This document shows positions 1-7,943 of a stretch of DNA of 64,000 bases, piece by piece. The notes beneath the pieces are model-generated. The model saw only the letters and a list, made by a program, of their open reading frames with translations, had not been told where the DNA came from and did not search any database. A program made the translations under genes and the position numbers. Origin of the DNA: Thermoguttaceae bacterium (GTDB lineage: Bacteria > Planctomycetota > Planctomycetia > Pirellulales > Thermoguttaceae); NCBI GenBank assembly GCA_045546875.1, contig JAZQDP010000051.1, positions 9,016-73,015 of the forward strand. Reading direction: 5' to 3'. Positions within the stretch are counted from its first letter, which is position 1. The number at the start of each line of letters is the position of its first letter.

Positions 1-303
1 CGGACAATCATTGGTTTTCTGAATACTCATACAGAGATAATCCAAATCATATCGGAAGAATTTTGCGATTTCCCACACCGGTGGCAGTTTCCCATAATCC
101 CGGAGCGTGTCGTACGCTTGCGCTTCTTCTTCCAACTTTGATTTCCAATCCTCATTCCATTGAATAATGGTCGGTTGATCTGTTGCGTCCCATGGGGCAG
201 ATAATTCAGCGATTCTCTGTTCATCTGATTTCTGACCACAAGCCAACGCTCGCTTCGCCTGAATCTCGGAAGGAATGCAACCTAATTTTCTTTCTATCTC
301 CAT
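1..303 (-). CDS. hypothetical phage protein, partial (3' end runs off the window)
   Basis: ATG at 303-301 preceded by GAGGGGG. The frame is open to position 1 (MEIERKLGCIPSEIQAKRALACGQKSDEQRIAELSAPWDATDQPTIIQWNEDW...). It is absent from the ORF track because no stop lies in the window. It overlaps the upstream gene's 3' end by 10 nt. Confidence 0.5.
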   Translation of the reverse strand, partial: MEIERKLGCIPSEIQAKRALACGQKSDEQRIAELSAPWDATDQPTIIQWNEDWKSKLEEEAQAYDTLRDYGKLPPVWEIAKFFRYDLDYLCMSIQKTNDCP

Positions 304-1073
304 CGGAAGCCGCCCCCTCTAAAAGTCTGTACATTTCCACAATTACCAGTCGGACAAACGCCGCCCGGACAGCCGCTCTGTTCTGTTTCCTCTTTCTTCT
401 CTGATCCAGATTTCGGAATCAACTCTCGGAGCGCATTCGCCACGGTTGAAAAATCCTTTTTCACCGATTCCAGATTCATGTAGTCAATCTTTGAACTCAC
501 CTGTTCAAGCAGACTTCCCATTTCTTCCATTGCGTTAGGATTCGTCAACGCCGCTTTCCGTATCCATTCTTTACGAAGTGTTTCCCTTGCGCCCGGAACG
601 GTCGTAACCGTCCCTCTTTCTATTCCAGATACAACCAACTCGAAGGATTCAGCCAAAGCCGTTAAGGAAGCAGGGTCTTTTTCTTTCCCTTCCTTCTTTA
701 CAATCCCTTCAAGTGAATCTTCATCAATCTGTTCATCTGGAATAACAGGATCTTCCTTCTTCACTCCATTGTAGAGCGTGTGAGTATCCAGAACAGCTTT
801 CCCATCAACAACGCTCGCCGCGATAAGCGTTACCCGTCCTTTTATCGGGGACGCAAAGGCGCAACTTCTTCCATCATTGACAACTGCAAACGCCGTTTGA
901 TATTCTTCAGGGAATACCTTCCATGTCGCCGGCTCGTCAGATTGAGCGATTACCAACTCGCCAGCATTCACACAATCAGGAGCCGTGATTTCTCCAAACG
1001 CCACGCCCGCAGACGCGAGCATGGCAATTATCAGGAGAATCATAATCTTTCGGATTCCTTCCATCTTCATCAT
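294..1073 (-). CDS. hypothetical secreted phage protein
   Basis: Start placed at the ATG at 1073, which forms an ATGATGA overlap with the stop of the upstream gene. Signal-peptide-like N-terminus MKMEGIRKIMILLIIAMLASAGVAFG. Cys/Gly-rich C-terminus. Confidence 0.6.
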   Translation of the reverse strand: MMKMEGIRKIMILLIIAMLASAGVAFGEITAPDCVNAGELVIAQSDEPATWKVFPEEYQTAFAVVNDGRSCAFASPIKGRVTLIAASVVDGKAVLDTHTLYNGVKKEDPVIPDEQIDEDSLEGIVKKEGKEKDPASLTALAESFELVVSGIERGTVTTVPGARETLRKEWIRKAALTNPNAMEEMGSLLEQVSSKIDYMNLESVKKDFSTVANALRELIPKSGSEKKEETEQSGCPGGVCPTGNCGNVQTFRGGGFRWR

Positions 1074-1552
1074 TTTTCTTCCTTCATTCCCTTGTACCAA
1101 TCGTAAAGAATCGGAACAATGATTTCCAACAACTGAATAATTTTCACCAATGACGGAGCCGCGCAAACCTCGCATGAAGAATCGGTCGTAAAGTCAATCT
1201 CTTTCGCAAGCGCTTCCAATGTCATTTCCGGGCTGGCTTTGCAAATCGCCGGGTTCATGAACGCTTCCGCATACCGGACAATCCAATCAAAGATTTTTTG
1301 AAGGTTATCGTCCGCGAACGCCCGCTCCGTAATGCTGTACGCCCAATCGTCAATGGTCGTCTCCGTACTTTTTACCTGTTCCTTGAGCGCAGACAAGAGC
1401 CTGTCTCGGACGATTTTCAGGTTCTCCATCGTGAACGCCCTCTGCGCGAACTCTTGCAGAATCTGCAACAGTAGGTTTTTCAATAATGCTTTCATGTCTT
1501 TCTCCTTCCTCTCATTTTGGAATTCCCAAAGCAAATATTCAACTAACGTCAT
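1070..1552 (-). CDS. hypothetical phage protein
   Basis: 160-aa ORF with an ATG start, translationally coupled to its neighbours. No recognisable motif. Confidence 0.55.
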   Translation of the reverse strand: MTLVEYLLWEFQNERKEKDMKALLKNLLLQILQEFAQRAFTMENLKIVRDRLLSALKEQVKSTETTIDDWAYSITERAFADDNLQKIFDWIVRYAEAFMNPAICKASPEMTLEALAKEIDFTTDSSCEVCAAPSLVKIIQLLEIIVPILYDWYKGMKEEK

Positions 1553-1710
1553 TGCGGTCTTTTCACTTCAAAAAGCTTCCTGTCTTTGAACTCTTGAACC
1601 TTCCCGCGGTTCCAACTTGAAACGGGGCGGAAGTAACCGCAAACGCGACTCCATACCTCGCACTTTTCTCCACACGTTCCGCTATTCTTCTTCACTGTCG
1701 TTGATTCCAT
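1549..1710 (-). CDS. stand-alone NrdD C-terminal (glycyl-radical) domain-like small protein
   Basis: ATG at 1710 preceded by AGGAAGGAG. The segment SRVCGYFRPVSSWNRGKVQEFKDRK resembles the RVCGY...NxGKxxExxxR glycyl-radical tail of class III ribonucleotide reductase. No catalytic barrel is present. Confidence 0.6.
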   Translation of the reverse strand: MESTTVKKNSGTCGEKCEVWSRVCGYFRPVSSWNRGKVQEFKDRKLFEVKRPQ

Positions 1711-3142
1711 CTTCAACTTCTCCTTCCTCATTATCGATTTCATCACTCTGATTAAATCCGCTCATGCTCTCTTTGAGCGCATCAAGCGTTTCTTCCTGAC
1801 GTTCATTTCTCGGTATCGCTAACAGTTGCTGCAGCTGTTCTGTATCAACCCCGCTGGCGACAACATGCCCCATGTCTGCATTATTCAACAATGAAGAATA
1901 AATCTGCTTCATGAAGTCCTTGTCGTCTCTGGTAATTTCCGCCGCTACCAACCGCACGCAATCCTTGTATTTTTCGCCGTAATTCAAATCAAGCAGTTGC
2001 CGTTTAGTTTGAGCGTCCATGTCCCGGACTATTCCTCTATAGCGCATCTCCATTCCCGCCACAGCTGCTTCGCTATGAGCCACAGCTTCCGCCTTAGTCC
2101 CAAACTCACCTTCCAATATCATTCTTTCAGGCAACATCAGGGCGCGGACTTTTAACGTGTCGTAATATTTCAATGCGTCAGTATACGACGCCGACGTCGC
2201 TCCGTTATCCGTGATATTCTCTATCGCCCATTGATTGAGTTGCCCATTGTCCTGGGAATATCTGAAAGCGTCAAGGTCTTGCGGTATTGATATCGCTCCG
2301 TTCGCTTCCATACTGTCAAGCAACTCTCTTGCAATCTCTGAATTGTCTCTTTCAATCCCGTTATATTTGGTTACTCCTACCGGATATTTTATAACCCAAT
2401 GAGCGCCCGCGATTTTCTTCATATAACCAACAGCTAAGGACTCAATATCAGCCCACCTGTCACACGCCAGTAGGGTATTATCCAACATTGAATTTCCGTA
2501 CCAGTTGCTGCCTCGTTGGTCGATGTTAAATAATTGAACTTTGCTGGCTGGCAAATAGACGCGCTGTCCGGTAATGATGTTGTCCTGCATAATCCCTCCA
2601 AAATCACCCGTGTAGGGATTCGCACGCAACCACGTGATTTCATGAAGAAGCTGCTTCTGTTTAACCAGCGCAACTTCCCCACAATCAGAATCGTATTTGT
2701 AAACATTCTCAAACGCAACCCAGCCGAAGTCGATGCACGATTCCAACGCCAATTTTAACCAAACGTCTTTTCGTTCTAAAATGTACTTCTGCACCAACTC
2801 TTCCGCCCCCTTTGGCGCTCCCTTTTCAACCTCCAACGTGATTGGGACGAGTGTCATAGGAGCAACCATCAAACACCGCGCGAGGGCTATTGTCGGGTCT
2901 CTCAATATCCTTCTGTAAACGAATGTATCGAGTCTCGGCTCAATCGGGAAAATAACCCCATCAACAAGCGTCGGCTTCGCCAGCGTTTGAGAACCCGTTT
3001 TCTCATTATCCGTCGGAGCAGGGCGCTCAAACTGGTCTGCAACGTATGATGGAATCCCCTTCAATTCATTATTGAACTTCCGGTAATTCACCACCGCTGT
3101 TCCGTTATTTCCACGTTCTGGTTGTGATTGCTTTGTTTCCAT
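1682..3142 (-). CDS. probable portal protein
   Basis: About 486 aa, immediately downstream of and overlapping the large terminase gene. The first ATG is at 3142; the track start at 3151 is a TTG. The call rests on position and size only. Confidence 0.55.
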   Translation of the reverse strand: METKQSQPERGNNGTAVVNYRKFNNELKGIPSYVADQFERPAPTDNEKTGSQTLAKPTLVDGVIFPIEPRLDTFVYRRILRDPTIALARCLMVAPMTLVPITLEVEKGAPKGAEELVQKYILERKDVWLKLALESCIDFGWVAFENVYKYDSDCGEVALVKQKQLLHEITWLRANPYTGDFGGIMQDNIITGQRVYLPASKVQLFNIDQRGSNWYGNSMLDNTLLACDRWADIESLAVGYMKKIAGAHWVIKYPVGVTKYNGIERDNSEIARELLDSMEANGAISIPQDLDAFRYSQDNGQLNQWAIENITDNGATSASYTDALKYYDTLKVRALMLPERMILEGEFGTKAEAVAHSEAAVAGMEMRYRGIVRDMDAQTKRQLLDLNYGEKYKDCVRLVAAEITRDDKDFMKQIYSSLLNNADMGHVVASGVDTEQLQQLLAIPRNERQEETLDALKESMSGFNQSDEIDNEEGEVEDGINDSEEE

Positions 3143-4439
3143 TATTGTCAATTGTCAGCGGATATTTATTGTGAATCAAATACCCAAGCGCATCGCTCAT
3201 GTGGGTGCGATCGGGGTCTGATTTATCCAATTCGGAGGAATTCTCCTTGAACGTTATGCTGTCAAGGTCTTTTATCAATTCCACACACTTTGAACTAATC
3301 ATTAGGCGGATTCTTCCTTGTGCATTTTTCAGGTATGCGTTTACTGACGCAACTCTGTCAAATACTGCCGGATTCCGCTTCGGATAAAACACTCTCACGC
3401 GGCCGCTACTGTCCGCGAATCTCCGGTCGCGGCTGATAATGATATAATCAGTTAGCGACGCATTAGTGTGCCGTTGCTGTCCCGCCGCATCTCCGTAAAA
3501 TTCAAATCCGGCTTTGTGAGTTCCCCATCTGTTCCATAATTCATCAAGCGTCTCTTGCGTATTGGTATCCCTCAAACTGATTTCATCAATTACATTCAGC
3601 ATCTCGTGATTCCCTTGAACCACGCACCAGCTCATTGGCGAAACGTTGAAGTCGGAACAGACCATCAACGGCAATTCCGGGTTGTACCTATCCCCCGTAA
3701 ATACATTCTCATTCCGATTAAAAGCGTGGTAAGCCATTCCCGCAGAACTCACCCAATTGGCAAGCATTTGCTCCGCATAATCCTTACTGCTCATAATCGC
3801 CCGTTGCGCTGCCATTTCCTCCGGGGAGTAAATATCTTCGGCAGTCCAACTGAAATGTTCAAAAGTCGCGAACGCGCCCAACGTCTCGGCGAGCTTCTGT
3901 CCCATTTCTCCAATATTGATTTCTCTCCAAAAGGACGAGCCACAGCCGTTCCTCTTCGGCACTCCCAGCATCATGAGCCAACCATGATAGGCATTTAGAG
4001 CCGGAAGTACGGAACGCTCAATCGTTCCCGGCTTAATGTCGCTCATTTCATCTATCGCTATGCCACAATAATGCTCGCCCTCTATTCGCTGTGGTTTATC
4101 CAAACCAAACACGTGAACCGTTACCGGATGCTGCTTCAACCTGAATTGGATTCGCAACTGTCCTCTGTTCACTGAAAGCTTCAACCCACAATCAACGTAT
4201 TCTTTTATCAACCTTCCCCACACGTTGCGTTCCGCCTGAGCCACCGTCGGCAAGCAGAAGGCATAAACCGGGTGAGGACAACCAGGAACAAATTGGCAAG
4301 TTCTCCGCGCGAATTTGGGAATCGCCGTCGCCGTCTTTCCTGATGAACGCCCTGCCGCCGCCGCAATTATCATTGCGTCAGATTCCCAAAATGCTTGTCG
4401 TTGTTGACAATAACGCCACGGTCGCAACATGTCCGGCAT
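3105..4439 (-). CDS. terL: terminase large subunit
   Basis: Walker A AAAGRSSGKTATA, Walker B GIAIDEMSD, and a C-terminal nuclease-like acidic motif (VCSDFN, MSDALGY). TAATG overlap with the small subunit gene. Confidence 0.8.
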   Translation of the reverse strand: MPDMLRPWRYCQQRQAFWESDAMIIAAAAGRSSGKTATAIPKFARRTCQFVPGCPHPVYAFCLPTVAQAERNVWGRLIKEYVDCGLKLSVNRGQLRIQFRLKQHPVTVHVFGLDKPQRIEGEHYCGIAIDEMSDIKPGTIERSVLPALNAYHGWLMMLGVPKRNGCGSSFWREINIGEMGQKLAETLGAFATFEHFSWTAEDIYSPEEMAAQRAIMSSKDYAEQMLANWVSSAGMAYHAFNRNENVFTGDRYNPELPLMVCSDFNVSPMSWCVVQGNHEMLNVIDEISLRDTNTQETLDELWNRWGTHKAGFEFYGDAAGQQRHTNASLTDYIIISRDRRFADSSGRVRVFYPKRNPAVFDRVASVNAYLKNAQGRIRLMISSKCVELIKDLDSITFKENSSELDKSDPDRTHMSDALGYLIHNKYPLTIDNNGNKAITTRTWK

Positions 4440-4837
4440 TATTCGCCCTCTTTCTCGCCCTCACCAATATTCCGGAAGTATCTATCCACCTTGTCCCAAT
4501 GTCCTTCAGGAGTTACTTCCAACGCTTCCGGAGCCGTTTCGATTATCATTGGACTGTCCGTCTGCCCCAGCAGATTCTTCCCAAGGAAAATCGCCATTGC
4601 CGGATACTTCTTCGCGAGTTCAAATTGCGCTCGCCTCAAGGAAATATTTCCCAATGTTCTTTTTATCTTGAAGACTTCGGAGAAAGTCTTTCCATACGTC
4701 CTTCTGCACCAGGCGTTCATCGTCTTATCTGAAACGCCGAAAAATTCGCAAACCTCTGACAACGTGCACTGTATCGCGCAGAGCCGTTCAAAGTCATTTT
4801 TGCTTATTTCCGTCAGTGGACGTCCCGTCCTTGCCAT
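4439..4837 (-). CDS. terS: terminase small subunit (HTH)
   Basis: N-terminal GRPLTEISKNDFERLCAIQCTLSEVCEFFGVSDKTMNAWC HTH and the AMAIFLGKNLLGQ motif typical of phage small terminases. Lies directly upstream of terL. Confidence 0.7.
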   Translation of the reverse strand: MARTGRPLTEISKNDFERLCAIQCTLSEVCEFFGVSDKTMNAWCRRTYGKTFSEVFKIKRTLGNISLRRAQFELAKKYPAMAIFLGKNLLGQTDSPMIIETAPEALEVTPEGHWDKVDRYFRNIGEGEKEGE

Positions 4838-4841
4838 GTTC

Positions 4842-5621
4842 TCAAACTCCCTTTATTGGGGCAAAAATAATCGGGTTATAATCAATGTGGTTCTTTCCCT
4901 TCTTCTTCACCAAATTGTGTGAGCGATCGGAGATGTCATTTCTGACAATCTTTTTTCCCCACTTCTTCTGCAGGGCTTCCAACTGTTCCTTTTCCACTTC
5001 CAGATTTCGCATCATTGCACAACCGCCCTTCTGTTCGGACTGTTTGACGATGTAGAAGAATTTATTCACTCTGAAAACCTTCCTGTGAACGTTCAACTGC
5101 TGCAGGGTCATGTCGTAGTCTTCCTTCAACGGGAATCGTTCATCATATCGCAAGCCGCTTCCCTTCAAGTGAACCTGAAACGGGCCGCCGATGTACGACA
5201 GCGTACTGAATGGAGTGCACTCGCGATACACCTGATCGTCCTGATTTACATTCACTCCCCAAAAATACGCGCCCCATTCTTTGCAAACCAATGAATATTT
5301 CTGGAGAAAATATTCCCATTCTTCCGCCGGGAGTTTCTTCTTCACTCTCTGTTCCCAGCAGTAGAGTCCCTTCATATCGTCGTCAATGAGGCAGACCACG
5401 TCTGTTCCTGAATTGAACTCTGTATCAAGGATGTAATTCCGGATTCTGCAAAGATTCCCCTGTACGCCGTCAGGAACCGGCACAATGTCCGCTCCCTCCG
5501 GGTTGTTCCTGACGTACTCGTCAAATTCCTTGTTGTCAACGTAAACCCGTACAAAAGGCAAATAATCCAGCGTTTCAACACGCGGGCGGCGATAAGACGG
5601 ACAGCACACGCTAATTTTCAT
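4842..5621 (-). CDS. GT-A fold glycosyltransferase-like protein
   Basis: N-terminal ISVCCPSYRRP (compare the GT2 IPTYNRP motif), DxD-like VVCLIDDDM, and a second acidic motif LKEDYDMTLQQ. Confidence 0.45.
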   Translation of the reverse strand: MKISVCCPSYRRPRVETLDYLPFVRVYVDNKEFDEYVRNNPEGADIVPVPDGVQGNLCRIRNYILDTEFNSGTDVVCLIDDDMKGLYCWEQRVKKKLPAEEWEYFLQKYSLVCKEWGAYFWGVNVNQDDQVYRECTPFSTLSYIGGPFQVHLKGSGLRYDERFPLKEDYDMTLQQLNVHRKVFRVNKFFYIVKQSEQKGGCAMMRNLEVEKEQLEALQKKWGKKIVRNDISDRSHNLVKKKGKNHIDYNPIIFAPIKGV

Positions 5622-5624
5622 TCT

Positions 5625-6227
5625 TCATTCCCCTTTACTGAGCAATTTTTTGAAAAATTCCGTGGCATTGATTACACGTCCAACGCCCCGCCGTTCAAAC
5701 CCCGGCTTGCTATTCAAACACTTCACTGGTTTGATGTCAAAGAAACTCTCGACCTGCAACCAATCAACAGAATTGTCGCAGAACAGTACCAGATAGTTGT
5801 GTTCCTCCAATAACTCTTCCGTGAACTCAATCTCTGGCTTTTCTTCCTTCACTTCATCTTCCTTTTCAGGGAATCCGAAAGCAGTCATGTCGATGTCGGT
5901 TATACTGTCCAATTCAAAATCCAGCAACTTTTTATCCCAACTCGCCAGCTCGTTCGTTTTGTTGTCCGCCAATCGGAACGCCTTCACCTGTTCCGGCGTC
6001 AGGTCATCAGCCATCACACAAGGAACGGTCGCCATTCCCAATCTCAACGCCGCTTTCAGCCGCGTATGTCCGCAGATTACGGTATTGTTCCCATCAATCA
6101 CGATTGGAACTCGGAATCCAAACTCTCTGATGGATTCTGCAACCGCGTCAACCGCGCTGTCGTTCTTCCGTGGATTGTTTTTGTACGGAATCAACTTTTC
6201 AACAGGAATATTTTGAATATTTTGCAT
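5625..6227 (-). CDS. ParB N-terminal (ParB/Srx nuclease-like) domain protein
   Basis: IPVEKLIPYKNNPRKN ... VICGHTRLKAALRLG ... FRLADNK, the ParB-like nuclease domain pattern. No methyltransferase domain follows. Confidence 0.8.
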   Translation of the reverse strand: MQNIQNIPVEKLIPYKNNPRKNDSAVDAVAESIREFGFRVPIVIDGNNTVICGHTRLKAALRLGMATVPCVMADDLTPEQVKAFRLADNKTNELASWDKKLLDFELDSITDIDMTAFGFPEKEDEVKEEKPEIEFTEELLEEHNYLVLFCDNSVDWLQVESFFDIKPVKCLNSKPGFERRGVGRVINATEFFKKLLSKGE

Positions 6228-6290
6228 GCTTTCTCCTACAGTAAACCTGAAATATTAATATGCGAGAACCGTCGATTTTTTGAATAGTTT

Positions 6291-6806
6291 TTAACTAAAT
6301 TTTTTTGATTTCCCCCGTTTTTTCTCCATTTTGAGGATTTTTCGTCTTATCTGATGGATTATGTGGTAAACCCGCCGCCAACTAATCCCCATGATTTCCG
6401 CCGTTTCCTTCTTTGATTTCCCACTCAGTAAGAGCAGAAAAGCTTGTTTCTGCCGTCGAGTGATTTTATACCCATTCCCGGCGATCGTTGATTCTATCTC
6501 CAACCATCTTTCGCTTTTCTGAATGATTTCTTCCGGCTTCAAATTCTTTTCATCTTGAACTTCTCGCGCCGTCGGAATATCTTTCTGACGCAACTGCTTT
6601 TTGTACTCCCTCACCTGTTCGACAACAAGCAACAACGCCGTTTTCCGATTGAACCGGATTTCTTTACATGGTCGTTCCAGCGACGCCATTAAAACCCGTT
6701 GCGAAAAATCGTCCAACTCTTGAACTGGGATTCCATACCGAAGCCCGACTTCTTTGATGAAATTCGGATGTTCCAAATAAAAACGCGTCCGTTCGTTTAT
6801 AGCCAT
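6291..6806 (-). CDS. sigma-70 region-4-like / LuxR-type HTH regulator
   Basis: C-terminal ITRRQKQAFLLLLSGKSKKETAEIMGISWRRVYHIIHQIRRKI. Confidence 0.55.
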   Translation of the reverse strand: MAINERTRFYLEHPNFIKEVGLRYGIPVQELDDFSQRVLMASLERPCKEIRFNRKTALLLVVEQVREYKKQLRQKDIPTAREVQDEKNLKPEEIIQKSERWLEIESTIAGNGYKITRRQKQAFLLLLSGKSKKETAEIMGISWRRVYHIIHQIRRKILKMEKKRGKSKKFS

Positions 6807-6890
6807 CTTGCAACCTGTCCATTTTTGTGTTATAATTCCTCATGAATTACAATTTGACGTCTGTTATGGACAGGAACCGCTGGCGGACTC

Positions 6891-7271
6891 TCACCGCTGG
6901 CGGTTTCTCATTTCATCAAGTTCAATCTCAAGTATTCTTTCCTCCACACTCTTTCCGCTGAATCCTCTGCTCGCATAGAATCCATTTCTAATCCGTACCG
7001 CTTCCAGTCGCTCAATCTCTTCCGGACGCAGTAAGAATCCATCGTACTCTATCAACCCATCAGGAGCGATTTTCTTCTGTTCCTGCAACCGTTTTTTTTT
7101 GAGCTTCCTGACGTTTTCGATTTCCCCCCGGAATATCCAGTAATCGTTGTTCTCATGAATAACGCTGCTTTCAGGAATCGTCCCTTCCTTGATTAGTTTT
7201 TTCAACCATGGAACGGTATAACCGACCAGCGTTGAAAATTCCTTTATCGGAATCCATTCTGAATCATTCAT
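6891..7271 (-). CDS. HTH DNA-binding protein (MerR/excisionase-like)
   Basis: N-terminal WIPIKEFSTLVGYTVPWLKKLIKEGTIPES. Confidence 0.45.
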   Translation of the reverse strand: MNDSEWIPIKEFSTLVGYTVPWLKKLIKEGTIPESSVIHENNDYWIFRGEIENVRKLKKKRLQEQKKIAPDGLIEYDGFLLRPEEIERLEAVRIRNGFYASRGFSGKSVEERILEIELDEMRNRQR

Positions 7272-7941
7272 GAGCCAACCATCTGTAATTTGTTTTCCCC
7301 ACCATTCGCACCGTCATAAACATTTCAACCAGACGTTCTGCAATCCGTTCTCCATAACGGTTAACAAACGCCTCGTATCCCTTCGGCGCGAAAGACAAAT
7401 TGGTCGTTCCAATAATCAATTTCCCGCTGTAATTCCAGCTTTCATAAATCCTCGTCAACACCTGGGGAAATTCTGGGTGATTTCCATACCGGCAACGCAA
7501 CATCTCCGCTCCGATATCGTCCAGCACGATGTCTTTCTTTCCTTCAATCCTCTTGCGTGAATATTCGCAATATCTTTCAGGCTCGGAGAAGTATTTATCA
7601 ACATCATCAGCCGTGTAGATCGGCAATTCAAATTTATACGCCAGCATCTTCGCCAACATCGTTTTTCCTCGCCCTGTGAAGCCGCACAATAACAAGCACT
7701 TTCTCGGTCGATATTCCGGGTCTGCAATTCCCTTCCAATACGCCGCAACCCACGCCGCCAATTTATCCAGCTCGTCGCGCTCAATCTCACTCGGATTAAA
7801 TCCCCATTCCGGGAACCATTCATTGAGCAACCGTTCTCGCACGATTCTCAAATCTTGAGGTTTCAGCATCTTTGATTTCCGATTCTGTCCAGAATTGACA
7901 ATCGCCATCTGGAAAGGATTGTTCCCATAAACTGTTTGCAT
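7264..7941 (-). CDS. DnaC/IstB-like AAA+ helicase loader
   Basis: Walker A CGFTGRGKTMLAKM and Walker B DIVLDDIGAE. ATG at 7941 with GGAG upstream; the track start at 7947 is a TTG. Confidence 0.8.
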   Translation of the reverse strand: MQTVYGNNPFQMAIVNSGQNRKSKMLKPQDLRIVRERLLNEWFPEWGFNPSEIERDELDKLAAWVAAYWKGIADPEYRPRKCLLLCGFTGRGKTMLAKMLAYKFELPIYTADDVDKYFSEPERYCEYSRKRIEGKKDIVLDDIGAEMLRCRYGNHPEFPQVLTRIYESWNYSGKLIIGTTNLSFAPKGYEAFVNRYGERIAERLVEMFMTVRMVGKTNYRWLAHE

Positions 7942-7943
7942 TT

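Noticed and set aside
27-239. 70-aa minus-strand ORF from the track
   Set aside because: A different minus-strand frame (1-303) has an ATG with an RBS, is coupled to the upstream gene, and has protein-like composition. The 70-aa frame starts at a GTG and is Arg/Lys/Asn-rich.
4395-4922. Plus-strand ORFs inside the prophage (4343-4732, 4395-4922, 14059-14589, 20124-20684 and others)
   Set aside because: They overlap minus-strand genes with clear motifs (terS, recT, DUF932). No RBS or motif support.
6808-6836. Plus-strand TTGCAA-17-TATAAT between the HTH and sigma-like genes, with the inverted repeat CCTGTCCAT/ATGGACAGG (6814/6866) and the direct repeat CCGCTGGCGG x2
   Set aside because: It is a single occurrence with no downstream terminator or paralogue, so a functional antisense promoter is not supported. 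The inverted repeat may be an operator, but evidence is thin.
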